Assembly (NCBI GenBank): GCA_039804865.1
Contig: JBDLVH010000027.1
Coordinates: 4,193-68,192, forward strand
Origin: Actinomycetota bacterium
GTDB lineage: Bacteria; Actinomycetota; Actinomycetes; Actinomycetales; Microbacteriaceae
Direction of reading: 5' to 3'
DNA length: 64,000 nucleotides
Part shown: positions 56,524 through 64,000 of the stretch, one piece after another
Position numbering within the stretch: position 1 is the stretch's first letter
Layout of the letters: the number at the start of each line of letters is the position of its first letter
Position numbers and translations under genes: made by a program
Notes under the pieces: generated by a model
Databases searched by the model: none
Told to the model about the DNA's origin: nothing
The model's input: only the letters and a program-made list of their open reading frames with translations

Positions 56524-56895
56524 TTAGTCGTCGCCCTGCGAGTCATCGCTCTGGCTCTGACTGCCCTGACTGGTCGACTGCGAATCATTGTCGCCCTGGT
56601 CGTCGCTCTGCTCGCCCTGGTCATCGGCCGAATCCTGCGAGTCAACCTCGGTGCCATCGTCGTCGCTGTTGGCAAAGGTTGGAGCTGGTGCCACTACCGG
56701 AGCAGCGGTTGGGCTGGCCGAATCGGTGGCGGTAGGGGTTGGGCTGGCAGTTGGCGAATCGGTGGTTGCGGTTACGGCCGCTGGAGCGGTGCCGCCCGAA
56801 AGTGCACGAGCCATGAGACCGCCACCGAAGATGGCAACAATCGCAATGCCAGCGGCGGTGGAAGTTGAAATCAATTTGCTCTTTGAGATGTTCAT
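56524..56895 (-). CDS. Small exported/membrane-anchored protein with Pro/Thr linker and Asp/Ser/Gln-rich tail
   Basis: TAAGGA RBS; basic N-terminus plus hydrophobic helix; low-complexity acidic C-terminus with DDQG repeats. Confidence 0.7.
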   Translation of the reverse strand: MNISKSKLISTSTAAGIAIVAIFGGGLMARALSGGTAPAAVTATTDSPTASPTPTATDSASPTAAPVVAPAPTFANSDDDGTEVDSQDSADDQGEQSDDQGDNDSQSTSQGSQSQSDDSQGDD

Positions 56896-57010
56896 TAGCG
56901 GTAGTCCTTACTGTTTTTCAACCGGGTGGTTGATACAGGTGTAACCCACTAAAAAGCTGGGTTCAAGGCTTCACAAACTCTTCAAACCAAGTTCGCAAAG
57001 GTTTGTCAGC

Positions 57011-57298
57011 CTAGAGGTGCTCGCGGGTGGCCTCGGTGGTTCGGGCCGCATTAAGCGAGCGCCTGTCCATTAGGTATGCGGCAATCACGCCGGCGAATGC
57101 GCCAACCAGGGTGAGCACAAGAATCAGGATGCCCAGCACCGATAGGGCGTCGGCAGTTTGCATCTGGCCGGTGGCAAGGAACAGGAACAGGGCAAGCACT
57201 AGACCCAGGCCCGCACCGGTGATTAGGAACGGGAAATACTTTGGTGCACGACGAAGCTCGACGGCCTCGCTGGAGTTGCTCTTCTGATTGGTTGCCAT
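57011..57298 (-). CDS. Small two-helix membrane protein
   Basis: LRRAPKYFPF followed by two TM helices and DRRS; directly follows the sterol-carrier gene. Confidence 0.75.
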   Translation of the reverse strand: MATNQKSNSSEAVELRRAPKYFPFLITGAGLGLVLALFLFLATGQMQTADALSVLGILILVLTLVGAFAGVIAAYLMDRRSLNAARTTEATREHL

Positions 57299-57305
57299 GA
57301 ATCAA

Positions 57306-57689
57306 TTAACGAACAAGTGGCAGCACGGCCGCAAACTCGAGCGCGCGGGTGCCGCTGGCAAGTAGGCTTCCGGCCGCGAGCGCCTCATCAACCTTCGCCT
57401 CGCCAAGGGCCAGCGCCAACCAGGTCTGGGCGTTCATCTCCACCACATTTGGCGGGGTTCCGCGTCGGTGATCGGGGCCAGCAACGCACTGAACAGCACC
57501 GAATAACGGCACGCGAACCTCCACCGAGTTGCCCGGCAGGCGCTGGGCCAAGTCCTCCAGCAAGAATCGCACTGCGGTGGCTAATACTGGGTTACCAACG
57601 GCGGTCTCACCCTCGCGCAGCGCCGGCTCAGAGCGAAGCTTTGCGATCGCGTCTAGTCCGTCCCCAACCGGGATTCTGCGTTTTGCCAT
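57306..57689 (-). CDS. Bacterial sterol-carrier-family (SCP ortholog) protein
   Basis: PGNSVEVRVP, GPDHRRGTPPNVVEM, TWLALALG, ASGTRA; leaderless (TACAGT 6 nt before ATG). Confidence 0.85.
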   Translation of the reverse strand: MAKRRIPVGDGLDAIAKLRSEPALREGETAVGNPVLATAVRFLLEDLAQRLPGNSVEVRVPLFGAVQCVAGPDHRRGTPPNVVEMNAQTWLALALGEAKVDEALAAGSLLASGTRALEFAAVLPLVR

Positions 57690-57774
57690 GTATCAACTGT
57701 ACGTTTGCTGTGAGTATCCACAGGCGCCAACCGCCTTAAGGAAACCCTCAGACAACGCTCCTGTAATTGTCAGC

Positions 57775-58548
57775 ATGACTTTTCTAACCAAAGAGCTGGC
57801 CGTCAAGGTTCCAGCCGTCACCGCCTTCTTCTGGATCATCAAGGTTCTGGCCACCACCGTTGGCGAAACCTTCTCCGACTGGATCAACACCACCCTCGGT
57901 TTTGGCCTAATCAACACCACTTGGATTATGTCAGTGATTCTGATCGTGGCACTTGCCTTCCAGATTCGTGGAACCAAGTACCGCCCATGGCTCTACTGGG
58001 TAAACATCGTTCTTGTCAGCATCACCGGTACCCTCATCACCGATAACCTCACCGATGGCCTGGGCTTCCCGCTGCTGTACAGCATGATCATTTTTGGCGT
58101 CCTGCTAACCGCAACATTTATCTGGTGGTACCGCCGCGAAGGCACCCTTGCAATGAAGAGCATCAAGACCCGCGAACGCGAGCTGTTCTACTGGCTGGCC
58201 ATTCTGCTTACCTTTGCCATGGGAACCGCCACCGGCGACTACCTGGGCGACGCACTCAGCCTTGGCTTTGCCCTCTCGGCAGTTATCTTTGCCGCGGTCA
58301 TCGCTCTGATTGCCGGCCTTTGGAAGGCACGCATCGTCACCGAGATTGCAGCCTTCTGGGCCGTCTACATCCTCACCCGTCCGCTGGGTGCTTCCATCGG
58401 AGACCTCTTGGCACAGGCACCGAAGGACGGCGGCCTGGGAGTGGGCACCACCGGCACCAGCATTATCTTCCTAGTGGCCATTTTGGCCAGTGTGAGTTAC
58501 CTTGCAATTAGCCGCCGAGACCAGATTAAGAGCAGTATCGATGCCTAA
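57775..58548 (+). CDS. COG4705 / DUF347 membrane protein
   Basis: KVPAVTAFFWIIKVLATTVGET, ELFYWLAILLTFAMGTATGD, FWAVYILTRPLGASIGD, GGLGVGT. Confidence 0.88.
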   Translation: MTFLTKELAVKVPAVTAFFWIIKVLATTVGETFSDWINTTLGFGLINTTWIMSVILIVALAFQIRGTKYRPWLYWVNIVLVSITGTLITDNLTDGLGFPLLYSMIIFGVLLTATFIWWYRREGTLAMKSIKTRERELFYWLAILLTFAMGTATGDYLGDALSLGFALSAVIFAAVIALIAGLWKARIVTEIAAFWAVYILTRPLGASIGDLLAQAPKDGGLGVGTTGTSIIFLVAILASVSYLAISRRDQIKSSIDA

Positions 58549-59230
58549 CAGTTCCAACAGCAGCAAGCCAAAGCCTCGCATCCTCATTGTGGATGACGAG
58601 GTTGGGCTTGCCACTGAGATCGCCGTTGCGTTGCGCGCAGCCGGTTACAGCACCCGCGTTGAAACCGAGGGTACCGCTGCGCTCAAGATGATTCAGGCCA
58701 CCAAGCCAGAGCTTGTCTTGCTAGACATCATGCTTCCTGGCGTGGACGGCCTTACCATCGGCCGCACCGCCATCAACGAGTTGGGCGTTCCGGTCATCTT
58801 TATGACCGCGCTGGACTCACTTGAGAACAAGCTAACCGGCCTAAACATGGGCGCCGACGACTACGTGACCAAGCCAATCCTCATCGGCGAACTACTTTTG
58901 CGCGTGCGTGCCGTGCTGCGCCGCACCGGAGCCCTCAGTGTTCCGATGCAGGTGGGCACCCTGGTGTTGGACGAAGAGGACAACAGCGCCGTAAACGCCG
59001 GCAAGGATGTGGGACTCACCAAGACCGAGTTCCGTATTTTGGCAGAGCTGGTAAATGCCCGCGGCCGTGGCCTAAGCAAGAACTTCCTGCTCACCCAGGT
59101 GTGGGGCTACGACGCCTTCGAGCCAAACCTGGTTGAGGTGCACGTCTCGGGTCTGCGCAAGAAGCTGGCTGCCGCCGGCCTGCACGACCTAATCACCACC
59201 AAGCGCGGTGTGGGCTATCTGGTCAAGTAA
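58541..59230 (+). CDS. OmpR/PhoB-family response regulator
   Basis: ILIVDDE, LLDIMLPGVDG, GADDYVTKP, LTKTEF, VEVHVSGLRKKL, TKRGVGY. Confidence 0.93.
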   Translation: MPNSSNSSKPKPRILIVDDEVGLATEIAVALRAAGYSTRVETEGTAALKMIQATKPELVLLDIMLPGVDGLTIGRTAINELGVPVIFMTALDSLENKLTGLNMGADDYVTKPILIGELLLRVRAVLRRTGALSVPMQVGTLVLDEEDNSAVNAGKDVGLTKTEFRILAELVNARGRGLSKNFLLTQVWGYDAFEPNLVEVHVSGLRKKLAAAGLHDLITTKRGVGYLVK

Positions 59231-59266
59231 CCCTTGGCTGGGGCGCACCCTTATGAGTAGCCTCTA

Positions 59267-60619
59267 ATGGTGCTAGCTTCCCTTCGCGCCCGAGTTATAG
59301 CCACCGCGCTTGCCGCCGTGGCTGTCAGTTCGGTGCTCATTTTGGCAACGCTGGCGCTGATGATTGGACCCACTGCACGCGCCAGCCAGGACCGCGAGCT
59401 ACACCTGATTTTGAACAAGGCAATAGCCCTCGAGGGCAAGGTGCGCGTTGACCAGCTAGCAGACCGCCTCAGCCGCCCAGGCTACTCGGTGGTGATCACG
59501 TCCAAGGGCAAAAACTACGTTCCCACCAAGTCTGGCAACTATGTGATTTCCAGTTCGGACTACGACAGCAAGTACCTCACGGTTCAGGCCTCGCTTCCGG
59601 TTACCGGTGTCACCGTTACAGTTGCCACGCTCTCCTTCGACACCTATGGCGTTCTGGGCCAGTTGCTTTCCATCGGGGTTCCAACCCTGATTGGCGTGAT
59701 GCTCATTCTGGGCCTGGCAATTGCACTGGCCATGAGGGTTGCGCTGCGCCCGCTGGATGACATGACCACGCTTGCCACCCAGATTGCCGAGGGTGAACTG
59801 GGTGGTCGCCTTGAGGTGACCGATCCAAACACCGAACTTGGCCGTACCGCAGTTGCATTCGACAAGATGCTGGACGCCCTGGAGGAATCGCTGCACCGAG
59901 CTCAGGCGGCCGAGGCCAGATTGCGCCAACTTTGCGCCGACGTGGCCCACGAACTGCGCAGCCCAATCAGCAGCATGGTGGCGGCAGCCGACAACCTGAT
60001 GCGCGAGATCAGCCTTGGTGGTCGCAAGCCTGCGGCAATCCGCAACCTTGCGGAGGAGACCTCCATGGCTGTGGTGCGCGATGGCCGCCGAGCCAGCCGA
60101 ATTGTGGGCGACCTAACTTTGGCTGCTCAGCTTGACGTGGCAGAGCTTGCCCAGCACGAGGTGCTACCGGTTCGCCTTGAGGCGAGCGAGCTGCTGCGCG
60201 AAACCGTGGCAAATGCCCAGCTGCACTCCGACTTCGAGATTCTGCTGACAAATGGGGCCGGCGAAACCTTCGTCAATGCAGACCCAGACCGCCTGCAGCA
60301 GATCATCAACAATCTGCTGAGCAACGCCAGCCACTGGGCCGAGTCCAAGATTTTGATTTCGGCAGCCAGAGACGGCAAGTTCTGGGTACTTCGTGTCACC
60401 GATGACGGCCCAGGCGTTCCGGCCGATCAGCGCGAGAACATCTTTGGCCGCTTCGTGCGCCTAGACACCAACCGCGCTCGCAGCCGTGGCGGTTCCGGTT
60501 TAGGTCTTGCTATTTCTCAGGCCCTTGCAACCGCCCAAGGTGGTTCATTGCGGTGCCTGGAGAACGATTCGGTCATCGGTGGCGCTGTATTCGAACTGCG
60601 CCTTCCAGCAGTGAAATAG
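59267..60619 (+). CDS. HAMP-domain sensor histidine kinase
   Basis: Two TM helices, HAMP, AHELRSP H-box, NLLSNA, DDGPG, GSGLGLAI. Confidence 0.93.
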   Translation: MVLASLRARVIATALAAVAVSSVLILATLALMIGPTARASQDRELHLILNKAIALEGKVRVDQLADRLSRPGYSVVITSKGKNYVPTKSGNYVISSSDYDSKYLTVQASLPVTGVTVTVATLSFDTYGVLGQLLSIGVPTLIGVMLILGLAIALAMRVALRPLDDMTTLATQIAEGELGGRLEVTDPNTELGRTAVAFDKMLDALEESLHRAQAAEARLRQLCADVAHELRSPISSMVAAADNLMREISLGGRKPAAIRNLAEETSMAVVRDGRRASRIVGDLTLAAQLDVAELAQHEVLPVRLEASELLRETVANAQLHSDFEILLTNGAGETFVNADPDRLQQIINNLLSNASHWAESKILISAARDGKFWVLRVTDDGPGVPADQRENIFGRFVRLDTNRARSRGGSGLGLAISQALATAQGGSLRCLENDSVIGGAVFELRLPAVK

Positions 60620-60674
60620 TGCCGGCTTCCACTTGGCAATAACCGCGTCACCCGCGTTGCCTTAAACTTGACCT

Positions 60675-61925
60675 GTGAAGATTCTGGTCCTTGGGTCTGG
60701 CGCCCGCGAACACGCCATCGTAAAAGCACTGATCCGCACCGGCACCCCGGTGGCCAACATCATCGTTGCTCCCGGCAACGCTGGCATGGCTCAAGAAGTT
60801 CAGTGCGTGGCAATGGATGCCAACGACCCAAAGGTTGTCACCGACTTTGCCACCGGCAACAAGATTGAACTTGCCATCATCGGCCCAGAGGCACCGCTGG
60901 TTGCCGGCGTATCCGATGCCTTACGCGCAGCCGGAATCCCAGTCTTCGGTCCATCACAGAAGGCCGCTGCCCTAGAGGGTTCCAAGTCTTTCGCCAAGGA
61001 AATCATGGCTGCCGCCGACGTGCCTACCGGCATGGCGCACGAGTGCACCACCATGGAGGAAGTTGCCGCCGCGCTTGACGACTTCGGTGCTCCTTATGTT
61101 GTAAAGGCCGATGGCCTGGCCGCCGGCAAGGGTGTAATCGTCACCTCAGACCGCGAGGCCGCCCTCGAGCACGCCCGCAAGTTCATCGACATGGGCATCC
61201 TGGTTGAGGAGTTCCTAGACGGCGAAGAGGTTTCGCTGTTCTTCCTCGCCGATGGCCGCACCGTGGTTCCGCTTACCCCAGCCCAAGATTTCAAGCGCGC
61301 CTACGATGGCGACAAGGGTCCTAACACCGGCGGAATGGGCGCCTACAGCCCACTTCCTTGGCTGCCAGCAGGCTTCGTTGAAGAGGTTCAGCGCACCGTT
61401 GCCCAGCCAACCGTTGACGAGATGGCCCGCCTAGGCGAACCATTCGTTGGCCTGCTCTACTGCGGCCTAATCGTCACCAAGCGCGGCATCCGCGTCATCG
61501 AATTCAACGCACGCTTTGGCGACCCAGAGACCCAGGTTGTGCTGCGCCGCCTCATCACTCCGCTGGCGCTGCTTCTGCACTCGGCCGCCACCGGAGACCT
61601 CGAGACCGCCCCAGAGCCACAGTTCTCCAAGGACGTTGCCATCACTGTGGTGCTGGCCAGCGAGGGCTACCCAGACACCGCCGCACCAGACCGCCCAATC
61701 CACGGCCTGCACAAGGCCGCCGAGGTTGAGGGCGTTGAAGTGTGCCATGCTGCCACCAAGATGGTTGCCGAGCATTTGACCGCCACCGGCGGCCGCGTGC
61801 TCTCGGTTGTTGCCATGGGCAAGGACTTCCACCACGCTCGCAAGCACGCCTACGAGGCAATCGCAGAGATTCGCCTTGAGGGTTCGCACTACCGCACCGA
61901 CATCGCCAAGAAGGTAGCCAACTAA
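60675..61925 (+). CDS. purD: Phosphoribosylamine-glycine ligase
   Basis: LGSGAREHA, IGPEAPL, KADGLAAGKGV, QDFKR, NTGGMGAY, EFNARFGDPE; leaderless GTG (TAAACT 6 nt upstream). Confidence 0.96.
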   Translation: MKILVLGSGAREHAIVKALIRTGTPVANIIVAPGNAGMAQEVQCVAMDANDPKVVTDFATGNKIELAIIGPEAPLVAGVSDALRAAGIPVFGPSQKAAALEGSKSFAKEIMAAADVPTGMAHECTTMEEVAAALDDFGAPYVVKADGLAAGKGVIVTSDREAALEHARKFIDMGILVEEFLDGEEVSLFFLADGRTVVPLTPAQDFKRAYDGDKGPNTGGMGAYSPLPWLPAGFVEEVQRTVAQPTVDEMARLGEPFVGLLYCGLIVTKRGIRVIEFNARFGDPETQVVLRRLITPLALLLHSAATGDLETAPEPQFSKDVAITVVLASEGYPDTAAPDRPIHGLHKAAEVEGVEVCHAATKMVAEHLTATGGRVLSVVAMGKDFHHARKHAYEAIAEIRLEGSHYRTDIAKKVAN

Positions 61926-62788
61926 TGAACGCAATGGCCATCGCGGGTTGGCGCCACGTCTATTCGGGCAAGGTGCGAGACCTCTACGAAAGCACCGATC
62001 CAAAGCTTGCCCACCTAATCCTTGTGGTTGCCAGCGACCGCGTTAGCGCCTTCGACTGCGTGCTTGAGCCTGCCATTCCAAGCAAGGGCAAGTACCTAAC
62101 CCAGCTCACCAACTGGTGGTTTGACCGCCTGGATGTTCCAAACCACGTTTCGCACGAGGTTGAGGTTCCGGTTGAGGTTGCCGGTCGCGGCACCGTATGC
62201 AAGAAGCTTGAGATGTTCCCCATCGAGTGTGTGGTTCGCGGCTACATCAGCGGCAGCGGCTGGAAGGAATACGAGACCAACGGCACCGTCTGTGGCATCG
62301 CGCTTCCGGCCGGGCTCCACTTCGGTGGCAAGCTGCCAGAGCCAATCTTCACCCCCGCCTACAAGGCACCGATGGGCGAGCACGACGAAAACATCACCTA
62401 CGAGAAGTGCGTTGAGTTGGTTGGCGAGGAAAACGCCGCCGCCCTGCGCAGCCTCTCGCTTGAGGTTTTCGCCCGCGCATCTGCGCTAGCCGAGCACGCG
62501 GGACTTATTTTGGCCGACACCAAGTTTGAATTTGGTGTGAACCCTGAAACCGGCGAAATCACTCTCGGCGACGAAGTGCTGACCCCAGACTCTTCGCGCT
62601 TCTGGAGCCGTGCCGCCTGGGACCGCGGCGAGCGCAAGGAAAGCTTCGACAAGCAGATTGTGCGCAACTGGCTGGCCGAGAACTGGAACCAGCAGGGCAC
62701 CCCACCAGAGTTGCCAGCCGAGGTGGTCAACCAAACTGCCGCCAAGTACGCCGAGTTGGTTGAACGCCTAACCACCGAGGTGGCGTAG
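61925..62788 (+). CDS. purC: SAICAR synthase
   Basis: YSGKVRDLY, SDRVSAFD, ECVVRGY, ADTKFEFG, DEVLTPDSSRFW, SFDKQ. Confidence 0.96.
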   Translation: MNAMAIAGWRHVYSGKVRDLYESTDPKLAHLILVVASDRVSAFDCVLEPAIPSKGKYLTQLTNWWFDRLDVPNHVSHEVEVPVEVAGRGTVCKKLEMFPIECVVRGYISGSGWKEYETNGTVCGIALPAGLHFGGKLPEPIFTPAYKAPMGEHDENITYEKCVELVGEENAAALRSLSLEVFARASALAEHAGLILADTKFEFGVNPETGEITLGDEVLTPDSSRFWSRAAWDRGERKESFDKQIVRNWLAENWNQQGTPPELPAEVVNQTAAKYAELVERLTTEVA

Positions 62789-62792
62789 CAGA

Positions 62793-63728
62793 TTGCAACA
62801 TCCAGACGCTGTCATCGTTGGCCCAAGGCCAATCCGGCTCACAACAAGAACCGGAGTCACGGTGCAGCGCCTGTTTCCGCAGGCCGGCTTTCGCAAGGTA
62901 AGCGCCTGGTGCTTCCTGGATCACTTTGGCCCAACCATCGCCGAAGACGCTATGGTTGTTGCCGCCCACCCGCACACCGGACTACAGACCGCAACCTGGC
63001 TGCTTGAGGGCAAGGTTGAGCACGCCGACTCGATCGGCACGGTTCAGAACCTCGAACCGGGCGAGCTCAACCTGATGACCGCCGGCCGCGGCATCGCCCA
63101 CAGCGAGCTGGGCGTGGAACCAAACCGTCAGATGCACGCCATTCAGTTTTGGATCGCACTGCCAGATTCGGTGCGCCACATGGAACCAAGTTTTGAGCAC
63201 CACGGCAACCTGCCAACCGTTGCCGCCCGTGGCTTCAGCGCCAAGGTTTTTGTGGGCGAGTTTGAAGGCGCCAAGTCGCCGGCAACCATTCACTGGCCAA
63301 TGGTTGGTGCGCAGCTGAGCATCGATGGCCTCGAACCCGTCATGATTCCGCTGCACCCAGAGTTTGAACACGCCATCGTTGCCCTCACCGGATCTCTTGA
63401 GGTAGACGGCCGCCACGTTGAGACCGGCAACATGATCTTCCTGCCAGCCGGCGATGCCGGGGTCACCATCAGTGCCCACCGAGCCGGAACCCAGGCCATC
63501 TTCATTGGCGGCAAGCCCTTTGACGAGCGCCTGGTGATGTGGTGGAACTTCATTGGTCGCAGTCACGCCGAGGTGGTTGAGATGCGCCAACTCTGGAACG
63601 CCCGCGGCTCGGACGACACCGCCCAGGTTATGGCCAGCCACGATCGCTTTGGCGCCACCTTCCCAGACCACGTTGGTGGCTGGATTCCCGCACCAGACCT
63701 ACCCAACGTAGAACTTCGCTCCCGCTAG
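62793..63728 (+). CDS. Pirin-family bicupin protein
   Basis: WCFLDHFGP, HPHTGLQT, MTAGRGIAHSE, QFWIALP, MWWNF; TTG start uncertain. Confidence 0.9.
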   Translation: MQHPDAVIVGPRPIRLTTRTGVTVQRLFPQAGFRKVSAWCFLDHFGPTIAEDAMVVAAHPHTGLQTATWLLEGKVEHADSIGTVQNLEPGELNLMTAGRGIAHSELGVEPNRQMHAIQFWIALPDSVRHMEPSFEHHGNLPTVAARGFSAKVFVGEFEGAKSPATIHWPMVGAQLSIDGLEPVMIPLHPEFEHAIVALTGSLEVDGRHVETGNMIFLPAGDAGVTISAHRAGTQAIFIGGKPFDERLVMWWNFIGRSHAEVVEMRQLWNARGSDDTAQVMASHDRFGATFPDHVGGWIPAPDLPNVELRSR

Positions 63729-63780
63729 CCGGCGAGCGCCCAGCGCGCCGGCCCACAGACCAACCAGAGAAAGAATCACC

Positions 63781-64000
63781 ATGTCGCTAAACCTCGATGA
63801 CCTGCTAGACGTTGCAGTGCTGGCCGCCAACACCGGCGCCAACATCCTCAAGGAGTACCGCTCCAAGACCCTAAGCTTCGACACCAAGGGCGACATCAAC
63901 AACTTTGTGACCGAGGCAGACCTGGCCAGTGAGCGTGCCGTGCGCGAACTGATTCGCACCAACCGCCCAACCGACAACATCTCGGGCGAAGAACTGGAAA
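63781..64000 (+). CDS. Inositol monophosphatase family protein (3' truncated by window edge)
   Basis: My translation MSLNLDDLLDVAVLAANTGANIL...TKGDINNFVTEADLASERAVRELIRTNRPTDNISGEE carries the VTEAD and GEE motifs. Confidence 0.85.
   Translation, partial: MSLNLDDLLDVAVLAANTGANILKEYRSKTLSFDTKGDINNFVTEADLASERAVRELIRTNRPTDNISGEELE

Noticed and set aside
59253-59267. Mini-ORF ATG AGT AGC CTC TAA overlapping the kinase start (TAATG)
   Set aside because: Four codons with no clear RBS; could aid coupling but cannot be told from chance.
62793-63728. Pirin as the quercetinase of the glycoside cluster
   Set aside because: It lies about 10 kb outside the cluster, is coupled to purC, has no shared operator, and pirins are widespread.
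1-64000. CRISPR array, tRNA/rRNA, integrase, transposase, prophage or defence genes
   Set aside because: None recognised; nearly all sequence is explained by metabolic, transport and regulatory genes, and intergenic gaps are short with no spaced repeats.

Overview
High-GC actinobacterial chromosome segment. It is inferred to be from a Microbacteriaceae of the freshwater Rhodoluna/Aquiluna type, based on gene set, frequent CTA Leu codons and leaderless genes. The backbone at left is a KimA-like APC transporter, a crcB pair and DUF3073. The backbone at right is purM-purF, a sterol-carrier protein, purD-purC, pirin and an IMPase. DUF3073 and purM are usually adjacent in Actinobacteria; here about 50 kb of accessory DNA separates them. 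It holds (i) a complete sulfate-assimilation cluster with an Rrf2 regulator and an SsuABC-like importer, (ii) a TetR-linked operon of a peptide-type ABC importer, GH3, GH43 and an atypical nucleoside-hydrolase-fold protein, and (iii) an L-rhamnose catabolism and uptake cluster. A lower-GC LacI/GH3/ABC/GH78 block is nested in (iii), flanked by a 10-bp direct repeat. The most unusual signals are solute-binding proteins that look non-lipidated and strongly basic, the nucleoside-hydrolase-like gene coupled to glycosidases, and one LacI-type operator shared by three sugar operons. I saw no tRNA, rRNA, CRISPR array, integrase or IS element. All calls come from reading the sequence; no database search was run.
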